The position numbers and the translations under genes were made by a program. A stretch of DNA of 64,000 nucleotides from Chlorokybus atmophyticus (lineage: Eukaryota > Plantae > Mesostigma and Chlorokybus algae), in contig RHPI01000638.1 in the NCBI GenBank assembly GCA_009103225.1, forward strand, positions 434,001-498,000, in the 5' to 3' direction. Every line of letters begins with the position of its first letter. The stretch's first letter is position 1. The notes beneath the pieces were generated by a model that was not told where the DNA came from, searched no databases, and saw only the letters and a list, made by a program, of their open reading frames with translations. Below, piece after piece: positions 1 through 11,900 of this stretch.

Positions 1-1350
1 GGCGGCATTTCCATCAAATCGAAACCGATTGGCCAACAGAAGGTAAGCGCCTGTGGCGCCTGCAAACACCACGTGCTCCGCTGCTACAGCCTGCGCACAA
101 GTGCCTAGTTGCGCCAACTTGGCGGCAGTAACACAAGCTGGCCCAGAGTTACACTGGACACTGATGCTTGAAACGGTGGATATGTGTTTGTTGGCCACTT
201 TTCGTGTACCACATGGAGACAACTTAGCACAAACCCATGCATGGCTGCAGGCCATTGCATGCTGCTCACAGTTGGATCCGTATCAAAGCTCGAGGCAGTG
301 TGTACCAACACAGATTTCTGTGTAACAGCTGGTTGTGGCAAAGCCACACTGCCCTAATCGCCCGATAGCAAGGTGGCATTTTAATTTGCAGCGTACCTGG
401 AAAAGGAGAGGCAACGACACTGTGGCACCCGCAAGTGCAATCTGAAGAATCCATTTGAAAATGCCGGTCTGCATTGACGCGCAGAAATTAACAGATAGCA
501 CGCAGCACTGTACTCCACCGGGAACATGACACGTGTCCATCAGTCCCACCACTAGTTAATTGTGTACATATACATTTTGGTATCAGGGAGACACGCATGC
601 ACGGTCACGCACGCATGCATTGATAAGTGTTAAAGCGTATACATGGCCACAGCACATTCATGCACACCAAGGAGGCGTGCATGAAGCAACTGCAGCGCGC
701 TGTGACAAAGCTGCTACTTTGTCACATGATGCCAAGGTCTTGACTACATGCACGCCAGCTTGGAAGCAAGTAAGAAAGGGTGAGCACGTTGAGGCAGCAT
801 GCATAGTTGTTGAGAGGCAGTCTCACGCAGCTACTTTGGGGACCGAGTTCTGCAGCTGGCAATGACTGTGTGCGATTGTAGAATGACACGCCGAGTAATG
901 TACTTAAGAAGGCAAGCATACCTGTGGCAGTGCGGCCATGCCACCACGTGTAGTCGAGCTGGTGCTTGCCTCCTCGGCACTGGCTGGAGAGGAGGAGGAG
1001 GAGGAGGAGGAAGAAGAAGACGAGGAGGAGGAGGCAGAAGAAGATGCTACTACACAGCGTTTTCGCAGTTTTGGCCGAGGCCTTTGCCTGCCTACGAACG
1101 CGGGACGGGCAATGCCAGCTGCTCCTGCTTCAGCACCAGGCCGTCTGCAAGAATAACAGGCAGCACCAGCACCAGCACCAGCAGCACCTGCACCTGCAGC
1201 AGCTGGGCCCCGCAGTGCGGCGGCGGTGCTGCAAGACGGCGCAAGGAGCAGCACCGGCGCCGGCCGAGCACCAACCATGTCCACGGCAACTGAACGCTTT
1301 AACAAGCACGCGTTTGTCCACGACGACGACAGCGCTGCTGCCGCCGCCAA
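1..1350 (-). CDS. Putative plastid-targeted protein of unknown function, spliced, runs off the window start
   Basis: ORF 904..1350 begins MAAAAALSSSW..., an Ala/Ser/Arg-rich transit-peptide-like segment, and ends at a CAG|GTATGC donor at 922/921. Further exon-like blocks occur at ~400-470 and ~260-352. Downstream exon structure is unresolved. Confidence 0.5.
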
Positions 1351-1465
1351 CCACCTCGGCTACCCTAAGGAATCCATTGATGCTGCAGCAGGCAAAGCAG
1401 CGATAAATCACGAAACGGAAGAAAGAGCAAAAAGTGAGTGGGAAGCAAGCTTAGAGCGAGGCAGC

Positions 1466-3366
1466 ATGGCGACCATGGGGGCGGCAGCGTCGATGGCGTC
1501 GTTGCCGCCGGAGTGCCTGGCTGCGGTGCTTGTGCGACTGGACGCCGTGTCGCTGCTGCGCCTCGAAGCCACCTGCAAGTGGCTCCGTCAGCAGGCGAGT
1601 TTTAGATTGGTTCCTTGTTTGCTTCCACCCTTTCGTCCCTTGCTTGCTTGCTTGTCAAGAAGCAGCTGTTGCTGAGCGTTAGCAAGTGGGTCTCTGGTGT
1701 TGATCACCAAGGCTGACAGTTCGCGTGCAGCTTGCGAGCGTGTGTTTTGTGCCAGGCGCTGCGGAAGTGTTGACTCGCCTAAGCTTGTTGCCAGGTGCAA
1801 GACAGTTCGCTATGGCGTACGCTGGCTGTGCACCACTTTGGCACAGCTGTGTTGGAAGGCAGGTACGACGCATTCTCAGCTGCATGTTCACAACTACAAC
1901 AATCGCAGATGAACTGGCATGCATGGCATCAATGTCGTTGGAGTTCTGTGCACAAGTCGTCTATAGTGGTAGAAGGCTTTGAAGTATGCTCAGCAAGCTT
2001 ACTGGCCTTGTTGTACGCATCCTATTTGCCGTGAAATGTAGAACTGCAAGCTGAGAGTGAACTACGCAACCAACATCGCCACATTTACTGCAACTGTGTT
2101 AGCTTGTCGTGTATGAAGCATTACATGACACGCTGGCAATAAAAGTACTTGTGCGTCGTATCATCTGAGTATAGTTGTCGCCTTTCAGCGCTTACTTGCT
2201 TGCCAGCATGAGTTTGTGACCGTGCACTGGTTTGCAAGAAGTTGTACTGCCATTCACAGCTACTGGTGCATACAACCTTGCGCAGCAGTTGCATACCACA
2301 CTCACATGTGGGCTTGTGCTTTTGAGCAGTGCAGGAAACTGCAAGACGTTGCACACCTGTGCGTCACGCACAAGTCAAAGCAACATTGAGTGCAGTTGGC
2401 GGCAGTTCTATCTTCATAGAGTCTCACATTGTACAGCCTTGCGAACAACATCACCACTGGACTTGATACAGGAGCACTACACTGATCCGTAAGTACCAAA
2501 AAAGGCGTCTCATGACGCTTGATTAATGAACATATTCTTGACGACTGGGTACCATTTTCACGCTGGTGTTGTTCTTGACAACAGGTGGCAGCACATAGCA
2601 TGCTGCCTGCTCTGCTCACGTACCAGCGGTGGCCAAGGAGTGGGAGATGTCATCACGCACATTCTAGAGGCGCATCCCAATGCTACGGCAGGTATTGGCA
2701 ATGCTCGCTTTGCTTGCACGCATACCGCCTGCTTGTACTCACTTGCTAGCCACTTGCTTGTATGCACAACACATTATGTGTATGCACAGTCATACACGCA
2801 AGCAGGGCTTGATCTGCATCATGTGCTGATTGTGCAGTGTCACACAGTCCTTCAAGCGGATGTAGACACTTTGCGTGGGACTTTGGACATGCTGGGCTTG
2901 CAAGATGTGCGCATGAAAGCTTTGCAAGCCATGTCGCACTCTTTTCTGCATGACGACTGGACCGACCCCACCCAGTTTCATGGGTGCGTGCTGGTGCACA
3001 TGTTTTCACAATGGTACGCATGTGATGAGTTGCCTAACAGGTGCGGCGCTTTCATCAGTGAGAGCTGGAGGATATTTTGCTGTGGCGATACTCGCAGCAT
3101 AACAAATCCAACACTGGCAAAGGTTTGAGCTGCACCTTGATTTATTCATGACACAAGTGGTCTACTGTCTGTTTCTCACTATTTTTCTGTATGCACAGTA
3201 TTGCCGGTGGCTCCATCACAAAAAGCAAAGGCCTGATGTCTGCTTAGCAAGCACGAAGGCAGCAACCTCACATGCAGTCAGGAAGAGGCCGCCTGTGACT
3301 CGCAGCAAAGGCACTGCACCAGTGAGACGAAGCCAACGGTTGCGCAGCTGTTGCTTGCAGTCATGA
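1466..3366 (+). CDS. F-box domain fused to an MBD4-like (HhH-GPD) DNA glycosylase domain
   Basis: Exons 1466-1594, 1795-1862, 2396-2488, 2585-2691, ~2848-2982, ~3041-3122 and ~3197-3366 splice in frame. Product: MATMGAAASMASLPPECLAAVLVRLDAVSLLRLEATCKWLRQQVQDSSLWR (F-box) ...SPLDLIQEHYTDPWQHIACCLLCSRTSGG...HPNATAVLQADVDTLRGTLDMLGLQDVRMKAL...FHGCGAFISESWRIFCCGDTRSITNPTLAKYCRWL. This is colinear with the MBD4 catalytic domain (SPFNLVQE..DPWKLL...NRTSG...LGL...LHGIGKYGNDSYRIFC...KYHDWL). Confidence 0.85.
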
Positions 3367-3481
3367 CTTTGCACAATTATTGTACCCATAGCAGCAATTT
3401 TAATAGTTCGATGTGCTAGACAGGAGTAACTGTAATGTACAATAAATAGGGCTAAGAAAGTTACTGTAGTTTTGGGGGTTA

Positions 3482-4793
3482 TTATGGTGAAGAAAGGGGA
3501 GATGTTAGCGGCTTCATGGGTGACACATATGGCCGAGTGGGGATTGCGCGGTCTGATGATAACCGCATCTTCAGCCGATCTGTGCGCAGCTGGAAGTCGT
3601 CCAGATATCGGAAAAAGTCCTCATCTTTGTGTCCTCGAGCAGGTTCGCTGTAGGTGGACCTGCTATCTGAATAGACACATGATGGTTTAGAACAAGCACA
3701 ACGCGCATGTTGCATGTATGCAACAATGAGAGCCTTGCAAAGCGCGCCCACAGTGCTAACGAGCCAACCCACAGTATCAGCTTTGACAACTGCCATGCCA
3801 CTATTTCTTCTCTATGACAAAACCACATGGCAGCACACACGCCTCTCGTGTGAACATTTCTTGCAGTCAACATGTACCTAATGTGGATCTTCGCGCTGTT
3901 GGTGAGCGCGGACTCGCTGTGACGGGCGATGCCCCGCCGCTGATGCTCGAGCCCGCCGCCGATCCTGGCCTTGGCGACCACGCTGATAAAGACGATGCAC
4001 GCGGCGTGGAGGACAGTGCTGCGCGTGGGGACACAAGCGGCCGAGGGCGTGACGCCAGTCTTTGCACCAAGTCCTGAAGGTATCATGCAAGAAAGGTGGT
4101 GTTTAATGGTTGTAAACTGTTGACACACCTGTGCTTCCTTAACATGTGCTCATTGTCATGCACGAAATACCAATGTGTTTTCTGATGCTCTTACGTCAAG
4201 CTCTTTGCGGTAATGTCGGCCGCTCGTGTCGCCGCTGGCAGTTTCACCTAAAGAGTCTCCCTGCTTGTGTGACAGCGATACCAGTTCAACGACCAATTGG
4301 TAGTCCGCTTAGAAACAGGGATAAAGGTGAGTTCAAAGTACATACGCTTCCAGAGAGAGCGAGAGAGAACAAGCAGTATCTTTACAACCAGCACACTGAT
4401 ATAATGACTAGCAAATTTTGTGTATACCTGCCTTGTGCAGAGATAGTGATAGTATTTAGGTTGCGAAGTTTGTCTTTCACATAATTTCACAAACAGCGTA
4501 CGCACCTGAGCGGCCGCCAGCTGTTTCTCCAGCCTACCCCTCTCAGCCTGGCTGTGCTTCAGCTGGCGCTCCAAGTCCGCCACCTTATCTTTCAGGAGCG
4601 CCACCTCGCATTCCAACTCCAATACTCTGACAGAGGAAGCATGGGTCTTGCCACCCTCTCCTCCTCCTCCCGCCACCGCCGCCGTGGCTGTAGCCGAGTG
4701 CGGCGGCGGCGACAGGCTGCTGAACCTGTACTCGCCTCCCCCAACGCCACTGCCACTGCCACTGCCGCCGCCAGCCCCAGACCTTAGCCCCAT
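3482..4793 (-). CDS. Small coiled-coil protein of unknown function (3 exons)
   Basis: Starts MGLRSG and continues ...RVLELECEVALLKDKVADLERQLKHSQAERGRLEKQLAAAQ, then a Ser/Pro-rich exon at ~3870-4075 and a last exon ...DEDFFRYLDDFQLRTDRLK...SP*. Splice junctions are GT-AG. Confidence 0.65.
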
Positions 4794-4825
4794 ATGAGCC
4801 ACCGACCACCCCTGCATCGCACGGC

Positions 4826-4886
4826 CCGGCCTGGTCGCAGGCCAGGCCAGGCCAGGCCAGGGGCCGGCCCAGGCACGACCAGGCCA
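4826..4886. repeat. CCAGG pentamer array inside a GGCCTGGTCG/CGACCAGGCC inverted repeat
   Basis: Read directly from the sequence, in the divergent promoter between 4793 and 5152. Confidence 0.8.
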
Positions 4887-5151
4887 GAACGCGCCTTAAA
4901 CTTCCGGACCAAAACAATGGCGCAATCTGGATCCGTAACAGCCAAGTTTATTAAACCGGATTCGTTGCGGACCCGTCTGATCAGGCTCAGAAGTGCACAA
5001 CGACTTCAAAAATTCTTACCGCCAAAAGGCTCGTGAGCAGGCATTGCTGTCGCTGCCGCCGGTGCCGCCGCTGTGGCGGACCACGGGGACTTGGATGTGG
5101 GGATTAGAGAGCATGTTGTCGTAGGGGACTACTCGTTGGCGCCCTGACACG

Positions 5152-8100
5152 ATGGCTACTGCGACGGCGAGCCATGCCGACCCCTGGGCCTTCTTGGTAA
5201 GGCTCTGTTCCTGCAGCTTGCTTGCTTGATGGTGCTCGTTTGGGTGTGCATGTGTATGTGCAGCTTGCAAAGCCTGGCTGATTACTTGGGTGGTTGGATT
5301 CAATGGATTGGTGGGTGTTTCAGGAAGATATTGAGGCGCCGAGGTGGGCGGATCTGCTAGCTGAGGCGGGGGAGCAGGTGGCTGAGGGGTGAGTGTTGGC
5401 CTGGTCCGCAAGTTCATTCTGCTGCTTGGACGTTAGCAATCAACTCTGCATGAGTCTCTTGGAGTCTGTTAAACAGTCTCATTTGGGTTTCCAAAAGCAT
5501 GCAAAGAGATCCATCCTAACTCTAGCTCATGCATGTGCTCGCAGGCACGATCCTTGGTTCGACGTCAGCCATCCGTAAGCTGAACCATGGCATTGACTGT
5601 GCACATTGTGTGCTACAGTGGTCAGTGCAATGGTTGACAGCAGCTGAAAGCGCCAAGCTAACTGAATGGTTTTGCAGAGTTCATCAGACGCCTCTGTTTG
5701 AGGAGGAGGCCAGCGGGAGCGGTCGAGGCAGGGGCAAAACCGGTCAGCAGGGAGGGTCCAAGACCCACAACAAGCTGGGCGCCTTCACCAACCTTCGCAG
5801 TCGTGCACTGCGCGTGCAGCGTGAAGTGTAAGCTTCTAGACATTTCACAGCAGCGTGCATTGTAATTACTGCCAATATTACAATGCCAAAGCCATAGCTG
5901 CAGCTTTCTTCGAGTCCTAAGTAAGAACGCCTCTGTGATGGCTATCCTGCAAGCTATCATTCCAGGTTTCAACTATAGTGGGTATCTAGCGATGTCCTGT
6001 CTGTCAAGCACATAGGTGGCACTACCAGAGTGATGGATGTGCGGTTCCAACTTCTTGTTGATGTTTTGCCGCATGGTGTTTACGTTCTTCAAGCAAAGTG
6101 TAGCATAGGTTGAAACTTGGTGTGTCGTGCACCTTTGCACGGTGTTGAACTGGAGCAGTTTTGCATGGTTTGCTTAGCAGAAGAGGTTTCTGACAATGAC
6201 TGCATGTAGCATGCCACTGTGTCCTGAACAGTCTGCTCGTGATGTCCGGCATGCTGTGTCAAGCTCATAGAGTAACCGCGACAGCAACGCTACCTTGCTC
6301 TTGTATGAGAAGTTTTCCCTACTTGCGCAGGTTACCGCCGCCAGCTGAGCTGATCCAGGATGAGCATGGTGACCGCTCATCCTGGGAAGGCATGCATGGC
6401 CTGGAACATACGAGCCCCAACCTCAAGTCCGGGGCATGCACTCCCAGCCCTGAACACAGCCGTACCAGGATACATAGTCCCGGAATTACTGCAGAAAAGG
6501 TGCGAATGTTGTCAGCAACTAGTGTGCAATGCATAAATTCTCTAAAGTGTACGTGCAGATTGTGTGACACACACATACACGCATACTTACGTCTAAGGTA
6601 AGTTTGCTTGTGCTGTGCAGCCAGTGTCAATCGCAAAAGCAACCATACATCAAGGTGGTAGCCGGCATCGCGTTGTAAAGTTTGCTGGAGAGGGCGTTGA
6701 TGAGAATAAGGGACACCATGGCAGTGCATGGGATGCAGATGGCTTGGTGTCGCCGCTGGCCCCTTTGCGGTCACCACTGCAGACTCTCCACCCACCAGGT
6801 TGCGCACAGTGTTGTGTGAGGTTCAAAAGCACTCAAGCACTCAAGCACTCAAGCTTTTCTGTGGATTCGTCCTAATGAAGCTGTGTGCCAGGCTCTCAGC
6901 GCAAGTCTGCACCTTCCGTACGTGTTGGCAGCGGAGCGTTTGATGTGGCAAGGAGGGCCCGCAGTAGTCTGGGTGCTGCTCTTCGTATACAACAGTGAGC
7001 GGCATGATACTTGATGGCATGGTTCCTTTGGCCATACGTACAGCGAGTCAATACACGTTGCTCCTTTGCAGTGAACACGAAGATGCATCCCCGCTCCACA
7101 CCATGCCAAAGGAGCCCCGTGTTGATGAGGAAAGCGAAGAACAAAGCGACTCAGCTGTGGCTGAGGACAGCATAGAAGTTACAACAGTTGACACCAGGCC
7201 TGAGCCCAGTCCAGCTGTCTCCAGGCTGATCAGCCAGTTGAAGGACAGATTGGAGCTTGACGATGATCCCGCTGTGCAGTCCAAACCAGGACCTTCTTTA
7301 ACAATGCCTGAGGACTATGCGCGCACGGCACAGTGGGCTGGCACGTCCAAAACCAAGTGCTCAGCCAGCCACACCATGGCACCGAGTCGCACACAGCCTG
7401 CGGTAAGTTTCGAGCGTGCACACATGTTTACGACAAACAATGCCTCTCATTTGTAACGGTTCTACATGTGTAACGCTGCAGGGCTTAAAACTGGAGCGCT
7501 TCCAGCCTTATGGAAAGCCCGCGGTAACCAGACCCTGTCCCCAGCAAGCAGGGGGACCCCAGAGCCAGAAGAAGGGTGCCACAACAGCGCCTGCTAGAGT
7601 GGGAGGAAAGGCGGCCAAAGAGTTGGCAACAAAGGCGGCTGTCAGCCGATCAATAGAACCGCAGCGACCGAGGCCAGAGCGATCAAAGTTAGAAAGCTCC
7701 AAACCCAGTGCTAGTGTGAGTTTGATAATATGTACGCGCTTGCCTGCATTCCGGCATCAGACTTTGACATCTGTTGTTGCACAGACTGTGCCCAAAGCTA
7801 TTGTGTCTGCCATGCCAAAGCCTGCTGCACCCGCCGTGCACAAACCAGTGGTGTCCAAATCGGCAAACGCCTCTGCACCAACACTGCCAAAGGTCGCCGC
7901 CACAAAGGGCCAGCAAAGCAGGCCCATCATCAGCAGGTCAGTTGAGCCTCAACGACCGAGACCCAAACGCGTGACGGCGCAGCAGGCACCCCCACTTCCT
8001 GAGGCAGACGTAGCTGTCCTGTTGACGGAGGTATGTAGCACATGTACTGTCAGAGGTGTTGCTCATGGACAGCACTCAAAAAAAGGCTGCAAACTTTCTG

Positions 8101-8755
8101 CAATTTACCTCTTGTGTTGTCATGATTCATGTGACCTATGGTGTGACTAGAGTGTCTCTTTCCAGCTCGCAGCCCTGCCAGCGCCCAGCATGCACGTGCT
8201 GGCTCACGCCGGAAAACCATCAGGACGGGGCACTGAGCCGGAGCGCACAAGGCCAGAACGCTCAAAGCCTGGGTTGGCCAAGTGCGACTCAGAGCTCACT
8301 GCCCTTCTTGCAGAGGTGAGATGGGGCAAAGCCCATCAGTCGCGTTTAGTTAAAAGCACACACAAGTTTCACGCCTGCTTGTTCAACCTTTACTCCACAA
8401 ATAATACAAAAGATTAAACAAAGATCAAGCTAGTTACGTGACGATTGTGCTGCAAGGGATGCTTACTGTGCCGTTGTTGTGCATGCAGCACAACCGCAAG
8501 TTTCAGCAAGCGCCGCAGTACCAACCGCGACTACACTCAACCAAAGACGTGAAAGCGGTATGCACACTGCAATTGTTGCTGATGACATTTGTAGCACGTG
8601 TGAACTGGTGACTGAGCAGCATGCTGTGTGGCCTTCAGTGGGAAGACATGAGCGGCCTGAGATACTACAAGCTAGATATGGCAGACCGCGAGCGTGCCAA
8701 CAGGCAGATTGGCAATATCAAAAGAGAGGCTATACTGGCCGGATTGCACGAGTAG
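5152..8755 (+). CDS. Low-complexity basic protein with a TPX2-like N-terminal motif (putative microtubule-associated), ~11 exons
   Basis: Spliced N-terminus MATATASHADPWAFL|EDIEAPRWADLLAEAGEQVAEG|HDPWFDVSHP|VHQTPLF. Middle exons are Pro/Ser/Lys-rich. Last exon is WEDMSGLRYYKLDMADRERANRQIGNIKREAILAGLHE*. The xAPxWxDx motif resembles the TPX2 Aurora-binding region. Confidence 0.6.
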
Positions 8756-8984
8756 ATTAGACTTGCTGTGCGTGTAGAGTATGTATGCGAAATAGCTCAG
8801 CAAAGCCAAAACTCCCACTCCATGGTAAATAACATGCGCCCTACTGTGTTGATCGCATACAGGCAGTGTACAGGTGTTTCAAACGCACAAGGACCAGAAT
8901 TTATGTACTGATGCTGTCGAAGGGTAACTTGCGACCAGCTCAACCTGAACGCACGATGACAGACGGGTCTGGAATGTTCGCTGG

Positions 8985-11900
8985 CTATATGTTGGTGATG
9001 AGGTGGACATTGTCATTTAAGTCGTAGTTCGCTGCGACAACCGTAAGAGGTGAGTATTGGTAATGGAGTTCTGATGATGTTCTAAACTGCCATACCGGTT
9101 AGCTCGCATTCGCAATTGGAAACAAGTTCAATCATCACTCTTTATGTGGAGTGAAACAACTCACCAGCGAGGTAGTTCATGGCCATCAAATAGGTGTGCG
9201 CGAAGTATGTAGACACATCTCATGTAGAGCTGTCGCGGCCTTTCACCTGCCAGAACCGCTTAATTCTTCCGCAGTAGGGCTTCCTGAGGCATTTCGGGTC
9301 TTGATAATTCAAGCTGCTATCACCCGTACTGTATCGCACCTACACAGTGATCACACACGTCGCGTGTCAATAGGATCACATTTGTATGTGCACTGTGCAC
9401 AATCCAACATGCCCCCCATACACACTTGGAACGCAATAGGTTGTGAGGCGTTTGCAGAAAAAATGTAGCGTATGCGGGTTTCTTGTCTGGTGTGATGGGG
9501 AGGATCGTGTTGGGCACGTTGCCATCAAGCTCAAACAGGTACTTGTGCCTACTGGTAGAGTTGGCAAATTTTTGGTGAAACCACCGCGTGGGATGGGTGT
9601 AACCGCAGCAACGCCGCATGGCATTGATCTGATGGTTACACCCATTGTCATGTGAAGCACATATTAAAATAATTGATGATGATAAACCCACATTGCTTCA
9701 GGCCTAACCTGTCGCACAGTGATTGGTCCGGACTTGTCAACAATGTACCTGTAGTCTGACGATATCTCCTCACCGGAGGTGATGAAGCTGCCAAAATAGT
9801 TTTTCGGGCCGGCTTGGCAACAACACAACAAGCGCCATCAGACGACAGAGTCCATCCCAAAGGGCACGCTGGAGCATAGCAACACACCACAACATGCTCA
9901 CCCTCAACGTCAAGCGTTTCATTCTCAGGAAACCGCAATGCCGTTGTGATCCCAAACAACCGCGGGACGTATATCAGTGGCGTCTCCGTGTTTACCCACC
10001 GCCTCTTCCAGCTCCCCCTTTCACCATACATCTACACATTGCAACCAGGTGACTGCTTCAACATGTGATATTACCACACACACACGAGTACATCACGTCT
10101 GTACACGCACCTGCCAGGAGCCGGCAAGCTGCATGACATTTCTAGAAACTGCTGGCGCCTGCAACAGCCTCCTGCGTGCAGACGCAAATACTCAACAAAC
10201 ATTGTGTTGTGTGTGTGAGTGGCAGTTACTATCAGCGAAGGTGTTCTTTGTGTTCGTGTGTCGATATACCTGCTTTGCTCGCTGGAGAGGCCACCTGGTG
10301 CATTGGACACGAAGTCATGTACTTGGTGTCATTATTGGTAACAACACAGTTGTGTGCATCACGCACACGCAGATATGCGCACACTTGCCTGATAATCGGA
10401 TGCAATGTCCGCATCACTTAACGCGCCTTGGAATACTTGTGCACGCGCTGCAGCAAACCCCTATTGCGGTATAAGGAACAGCGGTTAGCAGTAGTAGCAT
10501 CAATGAGTACTGTACCACTTTGTCATGGACATATCCACTTGCTTGTAAGGCTTGCCGGGATCGCCCCACCACTTGTGACCCCACTGGCCAACAGTCCAGT
10601 TGCCACAGTACAACACATCTGCACCTGCAAGACATTCCCATTGAACTGCAGTCTCTGTTTTTCATAGGCATGCACGGGCTCTCAAGCATGTGCACAAAAA
10701 CATGCCGCCAGCGGTACTCTTGTCCACACCTGCTGTATCTTGCACGGTGCTCGCAAGAAGGCCGTTACGGTATATGCGGTATGCGAATCCGACGTAGATG
10801 CCAACCAGGTGCACCCACCTGCCTGTGCTTGTGTTGTGTTCATGCGCCGTCAACATTCAGTAAACAAGTGACAACTTACCTGGATCGGTGGGGTCCGCAT
10901 CCACTGCCACAGAGTGTTCGGTTCCATCCTGCAGGACAGAACCAAACGTGTACTGAAACCCGCCGGAGGATGGGTTTGGAGCCACCTGTCAGATAGTGTT
11001 AGTTCCAGCTAAGCATTGCACGACAACATGTACACCTGCACTAAGTCAACATACACATATACATGCACGAGTGTGCATCCGCATACGTGTGCGTGCACCC
11101 GCCACACATGCATCCGCATCCGTGTTCACATGCACTTGTATGTCAACATTCTACCCCCCACCCCCCCACCACACCCCACCCTTGCTGCACACAGTTAGTG
11201 CGCACACACCTTGCACAGTTGTATGTATACAAGGTGGCTGTGTGTGTACAAGGTGGGTTGGCTCACCTACTCAACTTGAACACTTGTTCATTGAACGGTT
11301 GTTTTGTCTGCGCTGACATCATCACCACTACCATCACCATGTCACCTGAAGGAAGACGCCATCATGGTACGAAGAGATGATATCACCGGGGCCAGCCATA
11401 GTGGGGTCGAAGTTAACCCACGCAGCGAGCGACACGCTGCCGGAGAAGGTCAGTATCTCCAGCGTGCCAATATCAACGAAGTTGCGTGCGCCATCAAAGA
11501 GATAGCCGTTGCCGGTCGTCATGACCTTTGGGTCGGACGACCTCTGCAGGCATGGGAGTTGATGATATCAGTTTTCTGCCTTGTATCAACAAGTTGAACT
11601 CTGCAGTGTATGCTTGTTGCTTATCAGTAAGCCAATGTTGCGGTATCCGCTGCTGTATGGCATATTCATAGTCGTAAACAGTGTCGGTGAGAAGGTATTG
11701 AGCAACAAGCCAAGCTGTGAAAAAAGTAATACTGCATTGGTACATGCGCATGCGCATGCATACAATCTATGTGCGTGCATGCGTGCACGCGCTCCAATGT
11801 GCTGTGCGTGAGCGCTATATGCTACGCGCTGCATGTGCATGTGCATGTGAGTGTGTGCTGCGTGTGTGCGTGTGTGCATGTGTATCTCCGTGTGTGTATC

